NCBI GenBank assembly: GCA_017960855.1
Contig: JAGCYJ010000008.1
Location: forward strand, 44,654 to 108,653
Direction: 5' to 3'
DNA length: 64,000 nucleotides
Source of the DNA: Alphaproteobacteria bacterium
Lineage (GTDB): Bacteria; Pseudomonadota; Alphaproteobacteria; Rs-D84
Shown here: piece after piece, positions 51,531-59,549 of the stretch
How the letters are laid out: each line of letters opens with the position of its first letter
Position numbering within the stretch: the first letter of the stretch is position 1
Notes under the pieces: generated by a model
Database searches by the model: none
The model's input: only the letters and a program-made list of their open reading frames with translations
What the model was told of the DNA's origin: nothing
Translations under genes and position numbers: made by a program

Positions 51531-51938
51531 TTATTTACGCACCTTGTCGCGCAACATACGCAACAAAATACATGCCACAAGTGTACGATATGCTGCGCCT
51601 TTAAAAAATTTGGCTGTTTCTGCTGGCTTATCGTCTGTATATGTTTTAGTCAATTCAATCCATTCTTCTGCTGGATCAACGATATCTAACACCGTCCCCC
51701 ATACTTTCTGTGCAATATTTGGTTTTGGCAGGGGCATATCGTCAGCTACGATATGAATATGACGGCTTTTTGGGCTATACGCAAAGGTCAAATCATAGAC
51801 CACACCTTCCAAGACCTTGTCAAATATTGCATGGCCGTCTTTCTTTAACGGGATAAAGACACCATGTTTGATGGCCGACTTGGCTTCTTTGAATAACTTC
51901 TTGTCTTCTGCTGACATTTTCTTTGTTTCTTTTGTCAT
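51531..51938 (-). CDS. Hypothetical protein (135 aa).
   Basis: ORF only. Confidence 0.45.
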   Translation of the reverse strand: MTKETKKMSAEDKKLFKEAKSAIKHGVFIPLKKDGHAIFDKVLEGVVYDLTFAYSPKSRHIHIVADDMPLPKPNIAQKVWGTVLDIVDPAEEWIELTKTYTDDKPAETAKFFKGAAYRTLVACILLRMLRDKVRK

Positions 51939-52014
51939 TAGAGCATCCTTTTTGTTATCTTATAAGAATATTATAGGACAAAACACAAAAATGTCAAGTA
52001 TTCTACAAATATAA

Positions 52015-52042
52015 TTGCTATTTCGGACCGCTGTGTTATAAT
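52015..52042 (+). promoter_or_regulatory. Sigma-70-like promoter for the adk-like gene.
   Basis: TTGCTA-N16-TATAAT, ~25 nt upstream of the SD GGGGGAAAG. Confidence 0.45.
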
Positions 52043-52067
52043 CACGACAGCAAAATGGGGGAAAGAT

Positions 52068-52619
52068 ATGAAGCATACCATGATTGTTATGATGGGCGGT
52101 CAAGGCGCGGGAAAGGGCAGTTTAGCCGCCATTATGAAGTCCGAACACACATATAAACATATTGAAAGCGGCGCGCTGTTTCGCGCGTTGCCGGCAGACA
52201 GCGAAATTGCAAAGATTATCGCACGTGGGGAATTGGTTCCTGATTCTGAACTTTTCAAACTTATGGAATCGCAAATCACAGATGATTCTGACATTATTTT
52301 GGATGGTTTTCCACGCACATTGGATCAGGCAAAATGGCTGGTTCAAAAATATGCAAACCAGTTTAACATTCACGTGTTATACCTTGATTTAAGCGAAGAA
52401 ATTATGATGTTCCGTATCAACAAAAGAATCAACGAAGGGGGCGGTCGTGCCGATGATGCCGACACCGCCGCGGTTCGTCGTCGCCTTGATACATTTTGGA
52501 AAATTACAGTTCCAGCGATTGAGTGGTTGCGCACCGCGCCGAACATTAAATTCAGCGATATTGACGCATCACAAACGCTGGATGGCAACATGGAACAAAT
52601 ACGCGCCGCATTAAAATAA
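52068..52619 (+). CDS. adk: Adenylate kinase, short (LID-less) type, 183 aa.
   Basis: P-loop GGQGAGKGS, NMP-binding GELVPDSELFKLM and ILDGFPRTLDQA. The protein has no long LID insert. Confidence 0.65.
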   Translation: MKHTMIVMMGGQGAGKGSLAAIMKSEHTYKHIESGALFRALPADSEIAKIIARGELVPDSELFKLMESQITDDSDIILDGFPRTLDQAKWLVQKYANQFNIHVLYLDLSEEIMMFRINKRINEGGGRADDADTAAVRRRLDTFWKITVPAIEWLRTAPNIKFSDIDASQTLDGNMEQIRAALK

Positions 52620-52621
52620 TT

Positions 52622-52650
52622 AGAGTGGGGCACGTGTTCCCACTTTTTAT
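52622..52650 (+). terminator. Rho-independent terminator after the adk-like gene.
   Basis: AGTGGGGCACGTGTTCCCACTTTTTATTT. Confidence 0.5.
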
Positions 52651-52663
52651 TTGAAACACGGTA

Positions 52664-52691
52664 TTGACAAAGTATAAAAAAGTGCTATATT
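52664..52691 (+). promoter_or_regulatory. Sigma-70-like promoter for the second radical-SAM gene, giving a near-leaderless transcript.
   Basis: TTGACA-N16-TATATT. The -10 ends 9 nt before the ATG at 52701 and there is no SD. Confidence 0.45.
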
Positions 52692-52700
52692 CTCTGCGCT

Positions 52701-53567
52701 ATGAATGAACAAGTAAGTATGTGTTTTAAAATAACCAACTGGTGCAACTTGTGTTGCGACCATTGTTGTGAATTGTCCGGTCCAAAGTGTGCACGCGAAG
52801 TTATGCCACTCGTGCGTATGGAGCAGTTGCTAACCGAATTCCAAGACATAAAAATCATCAGAACTTCTGATTTTTATACCATTGGTGGCGGGGAAGCCAT
52901 GGCGCCATATTTCTTCAAGGACAAGCAGTATATCCCCCGCGCACTTGATATGATATACCAGGCAAACGGCATTCCAACGATCAAGACCAATGCGGCATGG
53001 GGACGCTATGAAAGCTTATGCAAACCGATTTTAAAAGATTTGGCAACCGTTGCAACCAAACACCAAATTGTCACAACATTGGATATTTCTATAGATGAAT
53101 TCCACGATAATTTAGGCGCAACCACGAATATTATAGAAACTCTTATGAAAAACAAAGGAATCGCGGAAGCTGTGCGTATATTCTTGGTTGGATTCGATAC
53201 AAACGCATCCAGATGGCAATTGTTCAAATTGCGCAAACAATTAAATGAACGCGGAATCAAAACAATATCACATTTTGGTATCAATGATGACTTCTTTGTA
53301 CAATACAAAGGTATAACGATGCAGATATTCGGTTCATTTAACACACCGATATACAAGATGGGTCGCGCAGCCAAAACCCAGGTATTTACAGCCGAAGAAC
53401 CAACGGGATTACCAAGTATTGAGGGTCTAACATTGACACATTGTATGACGGTGGATAACACAGATTTGGCAACCTTGAATTATAAACACAAAGAAATAAT
53501 CAACGGTCGCCCTTTGAACGATGTATTCCAAAGTTTGCTGACAAAGGTATATAACCCTGGACGGTAA
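52701..53567 (+). CDS. Radical SAM domain protein (288 aa); paralog of 4114..4956.
   Basis: CFKITNWCNLCCDHCCELSGP (CX3CX2C), IGGGEAMAPYFF and IKTNAAWG. The C-terminus has NGRPLND, as in the first copy. Confidence 0.75.
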   Translation: MNEQVSMCFKITNWCNLCCDHCCELSGPKCAREVMPLVRMEQLLTEFQDIKIIRTSDFYTIGGGEAMAPYFFKDKQYIPRALDMIYQANGIPTIKTNAAWGRYESLCKPILKDLATVATKHQIVTTLDISIDEFHDNLGATTNIIETLMKNKGIAEAVRIFLVGFDTNASRWQLFKLRKQLNERGIKTISHFGINDDFFVQYKGITMQIFGSFNTPIYKMGRAAKTQVFTAEEPTGLPSIEGLTLTHCMTVDNTDLATLNYKHKEIINGRPLNDVFQSLLTKVYNPGR

Positions 53568-53572
53568 ACACC

Positions 53573-54775
53573 ATGCCAAAGCCCACAAACAAGAAATCTT
53601 TTTATTCTGATTTAAGTGTGCGCTATCCAGTGAAAGGAAGTATTAGTGAACGTGTTGAATCCCTGTCTGAATTGTTCACAGAATGGTTCCTTTATGATTC
53701 CACAACGGCAAATTCACTTGAATCTTTCATTGAAAGTAATGGGTTGTCTTGCTTGTTTACACCCACAGATTTCACCGATTTAATATGTGGCTATGCATAT
53801 CTGGACGAACCACTGACCACCCTTGTTCCATTAATGTTGCCGTTTGAAATAACCCCGGAAAAAATGTACCGAATGAATGCGGAAGCACAAAAGGCCGGTG
53901 GGCGAATCGTAGAATCGGTCCCCGAAATAATCTATGAAATAATACAAGAAATTTTACAAGAACATAAATCCGCCCGACAAGAACGCAAGAAAGCTAAAGA
54001 CCGCAGATATTACGAAAGAAACCGCGATGAAATATTGGCACAACAACGCGAATATTACGAAGAACATCGTGAACAAAAATTGATACGACAACACGAACGC
54101 TACGAACAACACCGCGATGAAATATTAGCACAACAACGCGAATACTACGAAGAACATCGTGAACAAAAATTGGTACAACAACGCGAATATCGCGAGCAAC
54201 ACCGCGATGAAATATTAGCACAACGTCGCGAATATTACGAGCAACATCGCGAAGAAATATTGGCACAACAACGCGCACATCGCGAAGCACATCGCGAAGA
54301 AATGTTGGCAAGATACCATAGATATTATCAAGAAAACCGAGAAAAAAAATTGGCACAACACCATAAATATTACAAAGACCATCGCAAAGAAACATCGGCA
54401 CGACACCATGAATATTACGAAGAACATCGCAAAGAAATATTGGTACGACAACGCGAAAACGACAAAAAAAATAAGGATCGCGACGAATCAGCAAAATCAG
54501 TATGTCCGACATACTTGTATTTATTACAAATGCGCCACTATCACCGCGCCGATTACTTAAAATTATTTCGCCGGCGTAACCCTGTCGGATTTGCCATCAA
54601 AAAATGTCCGGCATTACAAGAAATGGATTACACAAAGTGTGCGTTCTGTGATGGAACCGAAAATCCACATACAGTATGCGAAATGCAGAAAATGGCAACC
54701 ATGCCCAGTGGTATCATTGAAACAATGCCTGATTTCGTTGCAATTATAAAAGCAAAACAACAAACAACCCGTTAA
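53573..54775 (+). CDS. Repeat protein (400 aa). It has tandem 30-aa charged repeats, each two 15-aa sub-units rich in R/E/H/Y/Q, and a C-terminal Cys/His cluster.
   Basis: The repeats read RDEILAQQREYYEEHREQKLIRQHERYEQH, about 5 copies. The C-terminus contains CPTYLY...KKCPALQEMDYTKCAFCDGTENPHTVCEMQKM. The gene lies 5 nt downstream of the radical-SAM gene. Confidence 0.6.
   Translation: MPKPTNKKSFYSDLSVRYPVKGSISERVESLSELFTEWFLYDSTTANSLESFIESNGLSCLFTPTDFTDLICGYAYLDEPLTTLVPLMLPFEITPEKMYRMNAEAQKAGGRIVESVPEIIYEIIQEILQEHKSARQERKKAKDRRYYERNRDEILAQQREYYEEHREQKLIRQHERYEQHRDEILAQQREYYEEHREQKLVQQREYREQHRDEILAQRREYYEQHREEILAQQRAHREAHREEMLARYHRYYQENREKKLAQHHKYYKDHRKETSARHHEYYEEHRKEILVRQRENDKKNKDRDESAKSVCPTYLYLLQMRHYHRADYLKLFRRRNPVGFAIKKCPALQEMDYTKCAFCDGTENPHTVCEMQKMATMPSGIIETMPDFVAIIKAKQQTTR
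54000..54470 (+). repeat. Tandem DNA repeat of ~90 bp (with a 45-bp sub-period) inside 53573..54775.
   Basis: Recurring cgcgatgaaatattggcacaacaacgcgaatattacgaagaacatcg units with point differences. Confidence 0.65.
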
Positions 54776-55662
54776 CGCTTCCTGCGCAGGACAAAGCCCA
54801 GTGCGGCATACCCAATCAGCAATGCAACAATAAGTGCGAATATTACCACCGCGGTCCAATCGTTTTCCGCCCATGGCAATTTCATATTCATACCGTAATA
54901 ACCAACCACAATCGTTGGCGCAATCAAAATAATATTCCACATGGTCAAACGATTAATGTAAGTGTTGGAATCCATATTAATCACGCTTTCAAATGTTTCC
55001 TTTATCGCCTTTAACATTTTACTGTACGATGTCACGACCTCGGTCGCCTGTGCTAATTCGATACGTGCATCCTCGGCCAACTCTTCGGCTTCGTCGGTTT
55101 TAACGAATCCGCGCAACTTGTCCAGTTTATCCATAACCGAAATATTGCCTTTGATTCCAGCAAGATACAGCGTATAACTGTTTTCCACATCCAACAGCGA
55201 CAGCAACTCGCGTTTTCTTATGCGCTGGGACAGGGCGTTTTTCGCACGCAATACGCGCTTGTTTAATTCCTTTAAACTGCGCAAATACGATTCGGCAATA
55301 TAATAAATAATGTTCAAAATAAACTCTTCACGTGTGGCTTTTTCATCTTTCTTTATCTTGTCCAGCAAATCGCAACGCTTACGGCACACCGTAATAACAT
55401 TGTCGCGCGAATAAATAATGGACAGCGGTTCAGTATGCCATGTTGTTTCAATTTCACGATTTACGATGGGAAAACGCACGATTATAACTTTGTAATCATC
55501 TTCTATTTCGAATCGAGGTTGCTCGTCCGGATCCAAAATATCGGTAATAGTATCTTCGTCAATCTTGTATTCTTTCTGCAGTTTTTCAAAATCTTCGTGA
55601 TCTGGGTTTCCAACGTTCACCCAAGAGAATGTTTTTAATTTTTCTGTATCAAACATAGCCAT
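54772..55662 (-). CDS. corA: CorA-family divalent cation (Mg2+/Co2+/Ni2+) transporter.
   Basis: C-terminal GYYGMNMKLP plus two TM helices. Confidence 0.8.
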   Translation of the reverse strand: MAMFDTEKLKTFSWVNVGNPDHEDFEKLQKEYKIDEDTITDILDPDEQPRFEIEDDYKVIIVRFPIVNREIETTWHTEPLSIIYSRDNVITVCRKRCDLLDKIKKDEKATREEFILNIIYYIAESYLRSLKELNKRVLRAKNALSQRIRKRELLSLLDVENSYTLYLAGIKGNISVMDKLDKLRGFVKTDEAEELAEDARIELAQATEVVTSYSKMLKAIKETFESVINMDSNTYINRLTMWNIILIAPTIVVGYYGMNMKLPWAENDWTAVVIFALIVALLIGYAALGFVLRRKR

Positions 55663-55847
55663 TCCCCCATATTTAAAGAAAAAAAATTACTTTTAAACGC
55701 CCACGATTTTAACTAACATAAATTGAAAAATCAAACAAATTCGGGCATAGAGCAGGGAGAAAAAAATATTTATTAAAAGTTTTAATTATTTACTTGCATA
55801 ATTATTTTAAATCTGAAATAATATGATTACAGACAAAGGAGTAATAC

Positions 55848-56171
55848 ATGAAAAAAACTTTAATCGCCGTTGCCTGTGCGGCATTTATCTCAACCGGTGC
55901 TATGGCAAAACCAGCATCTCATCAACCACCAAAATCACACAATAATAATCATAGTGTTCAAATGGTGAATAAAGCGCCGAAATCGGCACCACATATCAGT
56001 AATCATGGTGCACCGGCACATCATTCGTCACATCATGGGGGCGGGGTGCATGTAGCGCATGTTTATACCGCACCACCACCGCCGGCACATCATCACCACC
56101 ACCATCACAGTTCCCATCTGGATTTTGGTGATGCGCTGATCGCTTTTGCCATATTGGCAACTGCGTTCTAA
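55848..56171 (+). CDS. Secreted histidine-rich protein (107 aa).
   Basis: Signal peptide MKKTLIAVACAAFISTGAMA, then HHSSHHGGGVH and AHHHHHHHSSH. Confidence 0.6.
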   Translation: MKKTLIAVACAAFISTGAMAKPASHQPPKSHNNNHSVQMVNKAPKSAPHISNHGAPAHHSSHHGGGVHVAHVYTAPPPPAHHHHHHHSSHLDFGDALIAFAILATAF

Positions 56172-56205
56172 AGAAAGCTATGAACTAGAACTCCCTGAAA
56201 AAACA

Positions 56206-56225
56206 AACCGCCCATTTGGGCGGTT
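56206..56225. terminator. Bidirectional rho-independent terminator.
   Basis: AACCGCCCATTTGGGCGGTT, a variant of the recurring hairpin. Confidence 0.55.
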
Positions 56226-56232
56226 TAATTTT

Positions 56233-56305
56233 TGTGATCGGGGTGACAGGAATGTAATTCCCACCACTATCGTGGCGGGCCCCTTTCGCCTGCGGCTCGA
56301 ACCTG
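56233..56305 (-). other. Truncated and interrupted copy of the tRNA-Pro 3' end (pseudo-tRNA fragment, att-like scar).
   Basis: On the minus strand it reads GGTTCGA, then a ~44-nt insert, then TTCCTGTCACCCCGATCACA. This matches the tRNA-Pro T-arm, acceptor and CCA, with the insert in the T-loop, the same architecture as beside tRNA-Gly. Confidence 0.5.
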
Positions 56306-56387
56306 ACATTGCAAATGCAATGTGATGTCCAATCCGTTATACCCACTGACAAAACATAAATCAATCTGCGGATTGATTTATATTTTG

Positions 56388-56464
56388 TGGTCGGGGTGAC
56401 AGGAATCGAACCTGCGACCCCTTGCACCCCATGCAAGTACTCTACCAGGCTGAGCTACACCCCG
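56388..56464 (-). tRNA. tRNA-Pro (anticodon GGG), CCA encoded.
   Basis: Reverse complement: CGGGGTGTAGCTCAGCCTGGTAGAGTACTTGCATGGGGTGCAAGGGGTCGCAGGTTCGATTCCTGTCACCCCGACCA. The anticodon stem is CTTGC/GCAAG with loop ATGGGGT. Confidence 0.85.
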
Positions 56465-56606
56465 ACATGCGAAATATACTAAACCACAGAACCCCGAATT
56501 ACAAATATTTTTTAAGGCATTTATGCATATTGTATGGGGTGGGGCGGTAATGTAAAATATGCTTGTCCGGACAAAAACCAAAACAAAATCAAGAAAGGAG
56601 AGATAT

Positions 56607-56720
56607 ATGTCAAAAACAGAACGCGGAAAGAATTGTAAGTGCAAAGGATGTACCAGTTTAGTCGCAAGCCAAGATCATGAAAGAAAGCACCCAAACAAAC
56701 CAGAAAAATGCGACAGATAA
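56607..56720 (+). CDS. Possible 37-aa basic Cys-containing small protein.
   Basis: MSKTERGKNCKCKGCTSLVASQDHERKHPNKPEKCDR. A strong SD, GAAAGGAGAG, lies 6-7 nt upstream, and a terminator follows at 56730-56757. Confidence 0.35.
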   Translation: MSKTERGKNCKCKGCTSLVASQDHERKHPNKPEKCDR

Positions 56721-56729
56721 AACACTAAA

Positions 56730-56757
56730 CACCGGCGCCAAGCCGGTGTTTTTATTA
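56730..56757 (+). terminator. Rho-independent terminator.
   Basis: CACCGGCGCCAAGCCGGTGTTTTTATT. Confidence 0.55.
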
Positions 56758-56847
56758 TGTTTTTTTACACTATAATTTTGTGCTTGCACGAATCGGAAAA
56801 AAATGACTAGTATTCGCATAGATGAAAAAACCAAGGAAGGAAATACT

Positions 56848-57231
56848 ATGATTGTTGGTATTGGAATCGATCTGGTGGAATGTGGCCGTTTTCTTGATTG
56901 GTCTGCATTTAAAAAACAACGCATATTTACAAAAAAAGAACTTGAATACGCCGATAATGACAACGCAAATGCGGAAAAGCATTTGGCAAATTTCTGGGCG
57001 GCACGTGAAGCATGTTTAAAGGCACTGGGAACCGGATTCGGCGACGACATCGCTTTTTCCGATGTTTCAGTTGTACATAACGATGCTGGTTGTCCTGAAT
57101 TGCTGATTGCTGGTGGTGCCAAGGCGGCATTGAAAGAACTGGCGGGGTCAACCGCCCGTGTTCATTTATCTATCACCGATCAAGACGATTATTCCGCCGC
57201 AATTGTTGTGATTGAACACGAAGATAAGTAA
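56848..57231 (+). CDS. acpS: Holo-[acyl-carrier-protein] synthase.
   Basis: MIVGIGIDLVE...AAREACLKALG. The SD is AAGGAAGGAAA. The ORF-track N-terminal extension is discarded. Confidence 0.8.
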   Translation: MIVGIGIDLVECGRFLDWSAFKKQRIFTKKELEYADNDNANAEKHLANFWAAREACLKALGTGFGDDIAFSDVSVVHNDAGCPELLIAGGAKAALKELAGSTARVHLSITDQDDYSAAIVVIEHEDK

Positions 57232-57250
57232 TTCCTAAAACAATATAAAA

Positions 57251-57285
57251 AAACCGCCATATCGGCGGTTTTTTATTTATCGGAT
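57251..57285. terminator. Bidirectional rho-independent terminator.
   Basis: AAAAAACCGCCATATCGGCGGTTTTTTATTT. Confidence 0.55.
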
Positions 57286-57288
57286 ATT

Positions 57289-59529
57289 TTAGTACAACGG
57301 TGGGAAACATTCACCATCCACACAGCACATAAATCCTTCTTCTGTGACAGCAAGTTCTTCGCCCGGGCAACAGCCATTTTCGTCCGCCGGAACACCGTTT
57401 GCACAAGTCACTTCGTCTGACTGTTCTGCATCATTATAAACAACTTCGTGCAATTCAGATGCGACTATTTCAGGAGCCCAACCTTCGTCCACTGGCATTG
57501 GTTGAACATCTGTGTCCATAGAGTAGAGTGAATTGAAAGAAGATTCATCCACAACCGTTTCAACACGCTGCAACGGTTCCACCATCACGGGTTCTGGTTC
57601 ATATTCAGGTTCTTCGGCCACAAACATTTTTTCTTGCTGTGAAACGTTATAGCCCGGTTTGCGCGCTAAAATTTCTTCTTCGCTTGGAATTGGCTTCTTT
57701 TCCGGCTCATATGTTGCAACCGATCTGAACGGAACAAGTGGCTCTTCTGCAACAACTTCTACGGGTTCAGCAGGAACATCCACCGGGGTTGTTTCCACAA
57801 TTGGTTCTGGTTCCGGTTCTGCAACCACCACGGGTTCTGGTTCAACGACAACCTCTGGTTCCACCACTACAGTTTCTGTTTCCGTGTTGGTAACTTCTGT
57901 TTCTTCAACTGTCGTTGTTGCTACAAACGGACTTGGGATATTCGTTTCTTCGGTTACGGTTGTTGTTTCCTCTGACTTGCTGGTCAATGCGCCCAAATCA
58001 GGCACCACCGCGCCATTCTTCCGCTGATACAGCCACAATGTAAATATAGACAGTGCAATCAACAAAATAAGCATCAGATAGTACAAGAATGTCGGTTTTT
58101 TGGTGTAATGTACTTCTGTTTCAATAACAGTATTTTCACTTATTGGCGAAACAGGACGCACAGGTGCAACCGGTTCGGCTGGGGCGATTGGTTCAATTTC
58201 CACAATCGTCGTCGGCTTCGTTTCCTGTGCCGGTTCTGTCACAGTCGTTTCCACCTCAAACGACGCAGGTTCAACGGTCGTCGTAACATCAACTTGTTCT
58301 GTTGTTGTCGTCGTTGTCTGTTCGGTCGTTGTAGTGTTTTGTTCCACTGGCGTCAAACTATCCAACATAGGTGTCGCGTTATTGTTTTCTTCTGTTGTTT
58401 CATACTCAGTGGTGGTTGTAGTCGTTTCCGTTGTCTCACCAGAATCCGCCGGCGGTGTAAATGACAGCGGAACAGTAGCGACTTCTGGAACCCCGTGTTC
58501 AACAACGTGTTCGTCTTCTTCATCCGCGTGGAAATCAATCGGTTTAAACGCGATATTGTCGTCCAAAACTTCTGGATCTGTATCAAACAATGGTTTTACT
58601 TCTTCTTCGTCCGCCACTTCATCTGCCTTTGCTTCATAAGTTTCTGAATCAGAAAAATCTTCTGAATACAAATCGTCTTCGCCGGTTCCTTCTTCGTCCT
58701 CTTCGTAATCGTCAGTTTCAGATTCGGGTTCTTCTTCTACTTCTTCCTCTTCTTCAACTTTCTCTTGGACAACGGGCGTTCTTCTTTTTGCCACCGAAAC
58801 CGTTTTTGCGCGACGCACAGGTTTAACATCCGCATGCCGCGCCAAAATAGCACGTGCAATTTCCGCATCATCTTCGGCCGTCGCCAATCTGCGCTGGGCA
58901 TTAGTCAAACGCTTTTTAGCACGCGCCAATTTTTCATTTGTTGCGTCAATTTGCGCTTCGGTCTTTAAGATTTTAGCCGCCGAAGTTTTTGTCGGTTCGC
59001 GTCCGATATTACGTTTTTGTTCGGACAACTTTGCCTTTAATTCTTTTAACCGCGCACGCAATTCAGAAATTGTGTCTTCGGTGCGTTCAATTGTTTCGCG
59101 TGCCTTGTTCGCAGTATCTTCGGCCGCCGCCAAACGTTCCTTGGCAGAACGACGAACCGCCATAATACGAAAACGCTTCAGATTGTCCAACGCATCGTCC
59201 AAATCTTCGTCAGATTCGTACGCTTGGAATAATTCCGCATAAACATCCAAACCACCGTATTCAATGTCCAGCTTTTGATATTTGTTATCTTTTTTCGGAC
59301 GCACAGTTTCCAAATCAATGCCATAGTCGTTGACCAAAACATCATCCCACTTGCGTTCATCAAAAGAATCAATCACCAACAAAACATTTGGTTTGTCGGC
59401 ATTGATAGTTTCGTCCAACACGAAAATCAATTCGTGTGCAGAATCATAATACGCACGGATGCGATTGCCGTTAATCTTGTAATCAACCGCTTTGATTTTT
59501 CTAGAAGTTTTTTCTCTCTCGCGTGGCAT
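57289..59529 (-). CDS. Large acidic low-complexity membrane protein (~745 aa). It has an N-terminal coiled-coil/basic region, T/E/P/V-rich tracts, one TM helix and a C-terminal Cys-rich tail.
   Basis: Acidic runs such as EEEEEVEEEPESETDDYEEDEEG. The TM helix is FLYYLMLILLIALSIFTLWLY. The C-terminus is CANGVPADENGCCPGEE...FMCCVDGECF. Confidence 0.5.
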   Translation of the reverse strand: MPREREKTSRKIKAVDYKINGNRIRAYYDSAHELIFVLDETINADKPNVLLVIDSFDERKWDDVLVNDYGIDLETVRPKKDNKYQKLDIEYGGLDVYAELFQAYESDEDLDDALDNLKRFRIMAVRRSAKERLAAAEDTANKARETIERTEDTISELRARLKELKAKLSEQKRNIGREPTKTSAAKILKTEAQIDATNEKLARAKKRLTNAQRRLATAEDDAEIARAILARHADVKPVRRAKTVSVAKRRTPVVQEKVEEEEEVEEEPESETDDYEEDEEGTGEDDLYSEDFSDSETYEAKADEVADEEEVKPLFDTDPEVLDDNIAFKPIDFHADEEDEHVVEHGVPEVATVPLSFTPPADSGETTETTTTTTEYETTEENNNATPMLDSLTPVEQNTTTTEQTTTTTTEQVDVTTTVEPASFEVETTVTEPAQETKPTTIVEIEPIAPAEPVAPVRPVSPISENTVIETEVHYTKKPTFLYYLMLILLIALSIFTLWLYQRKNGAVVPDLGALTSKSEETTTVTEETNIPSPFVATTTVEETEVTNTETETVVVEPEVVVEPEPVVVAEPEPEPIVETTPVDVPAEPVEVVAEEPLVPFRSVATYEPEKKPIPSEEEILARKPGYNVSQQEKMFVAEEPEYEPEPVMVEPLQRVETVVDESSFNSLYSMDTDVQPMPVDEGWAPEIVASELHEVVYNDAEQSDEVTCANGVPADENGCCPGEELAVTEEGFMCCVDGECFPPLY

Positions 59530-59549
59530 TTTCTTTCCTGTGGTTTCAA

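Noticed and set aside
54215-54512. Minus-strand ORFs (78 and 172 aa) with repetitive translation inside 53573..54775
   Set aside because: They are antisense reading frames of the 90-bp tandem repeat. The sense frame gives a coherent 400-aa protein directly coupled to the upstream radical-SAM gene.
56658-57122. 154-aa minus-strand ORF
   Set aside because: It is antisense to acpS, which has clear family motifs and an SD, and to the small SD-bearing ORF. It has no RBS and a low-complexity hydrophobic translation.
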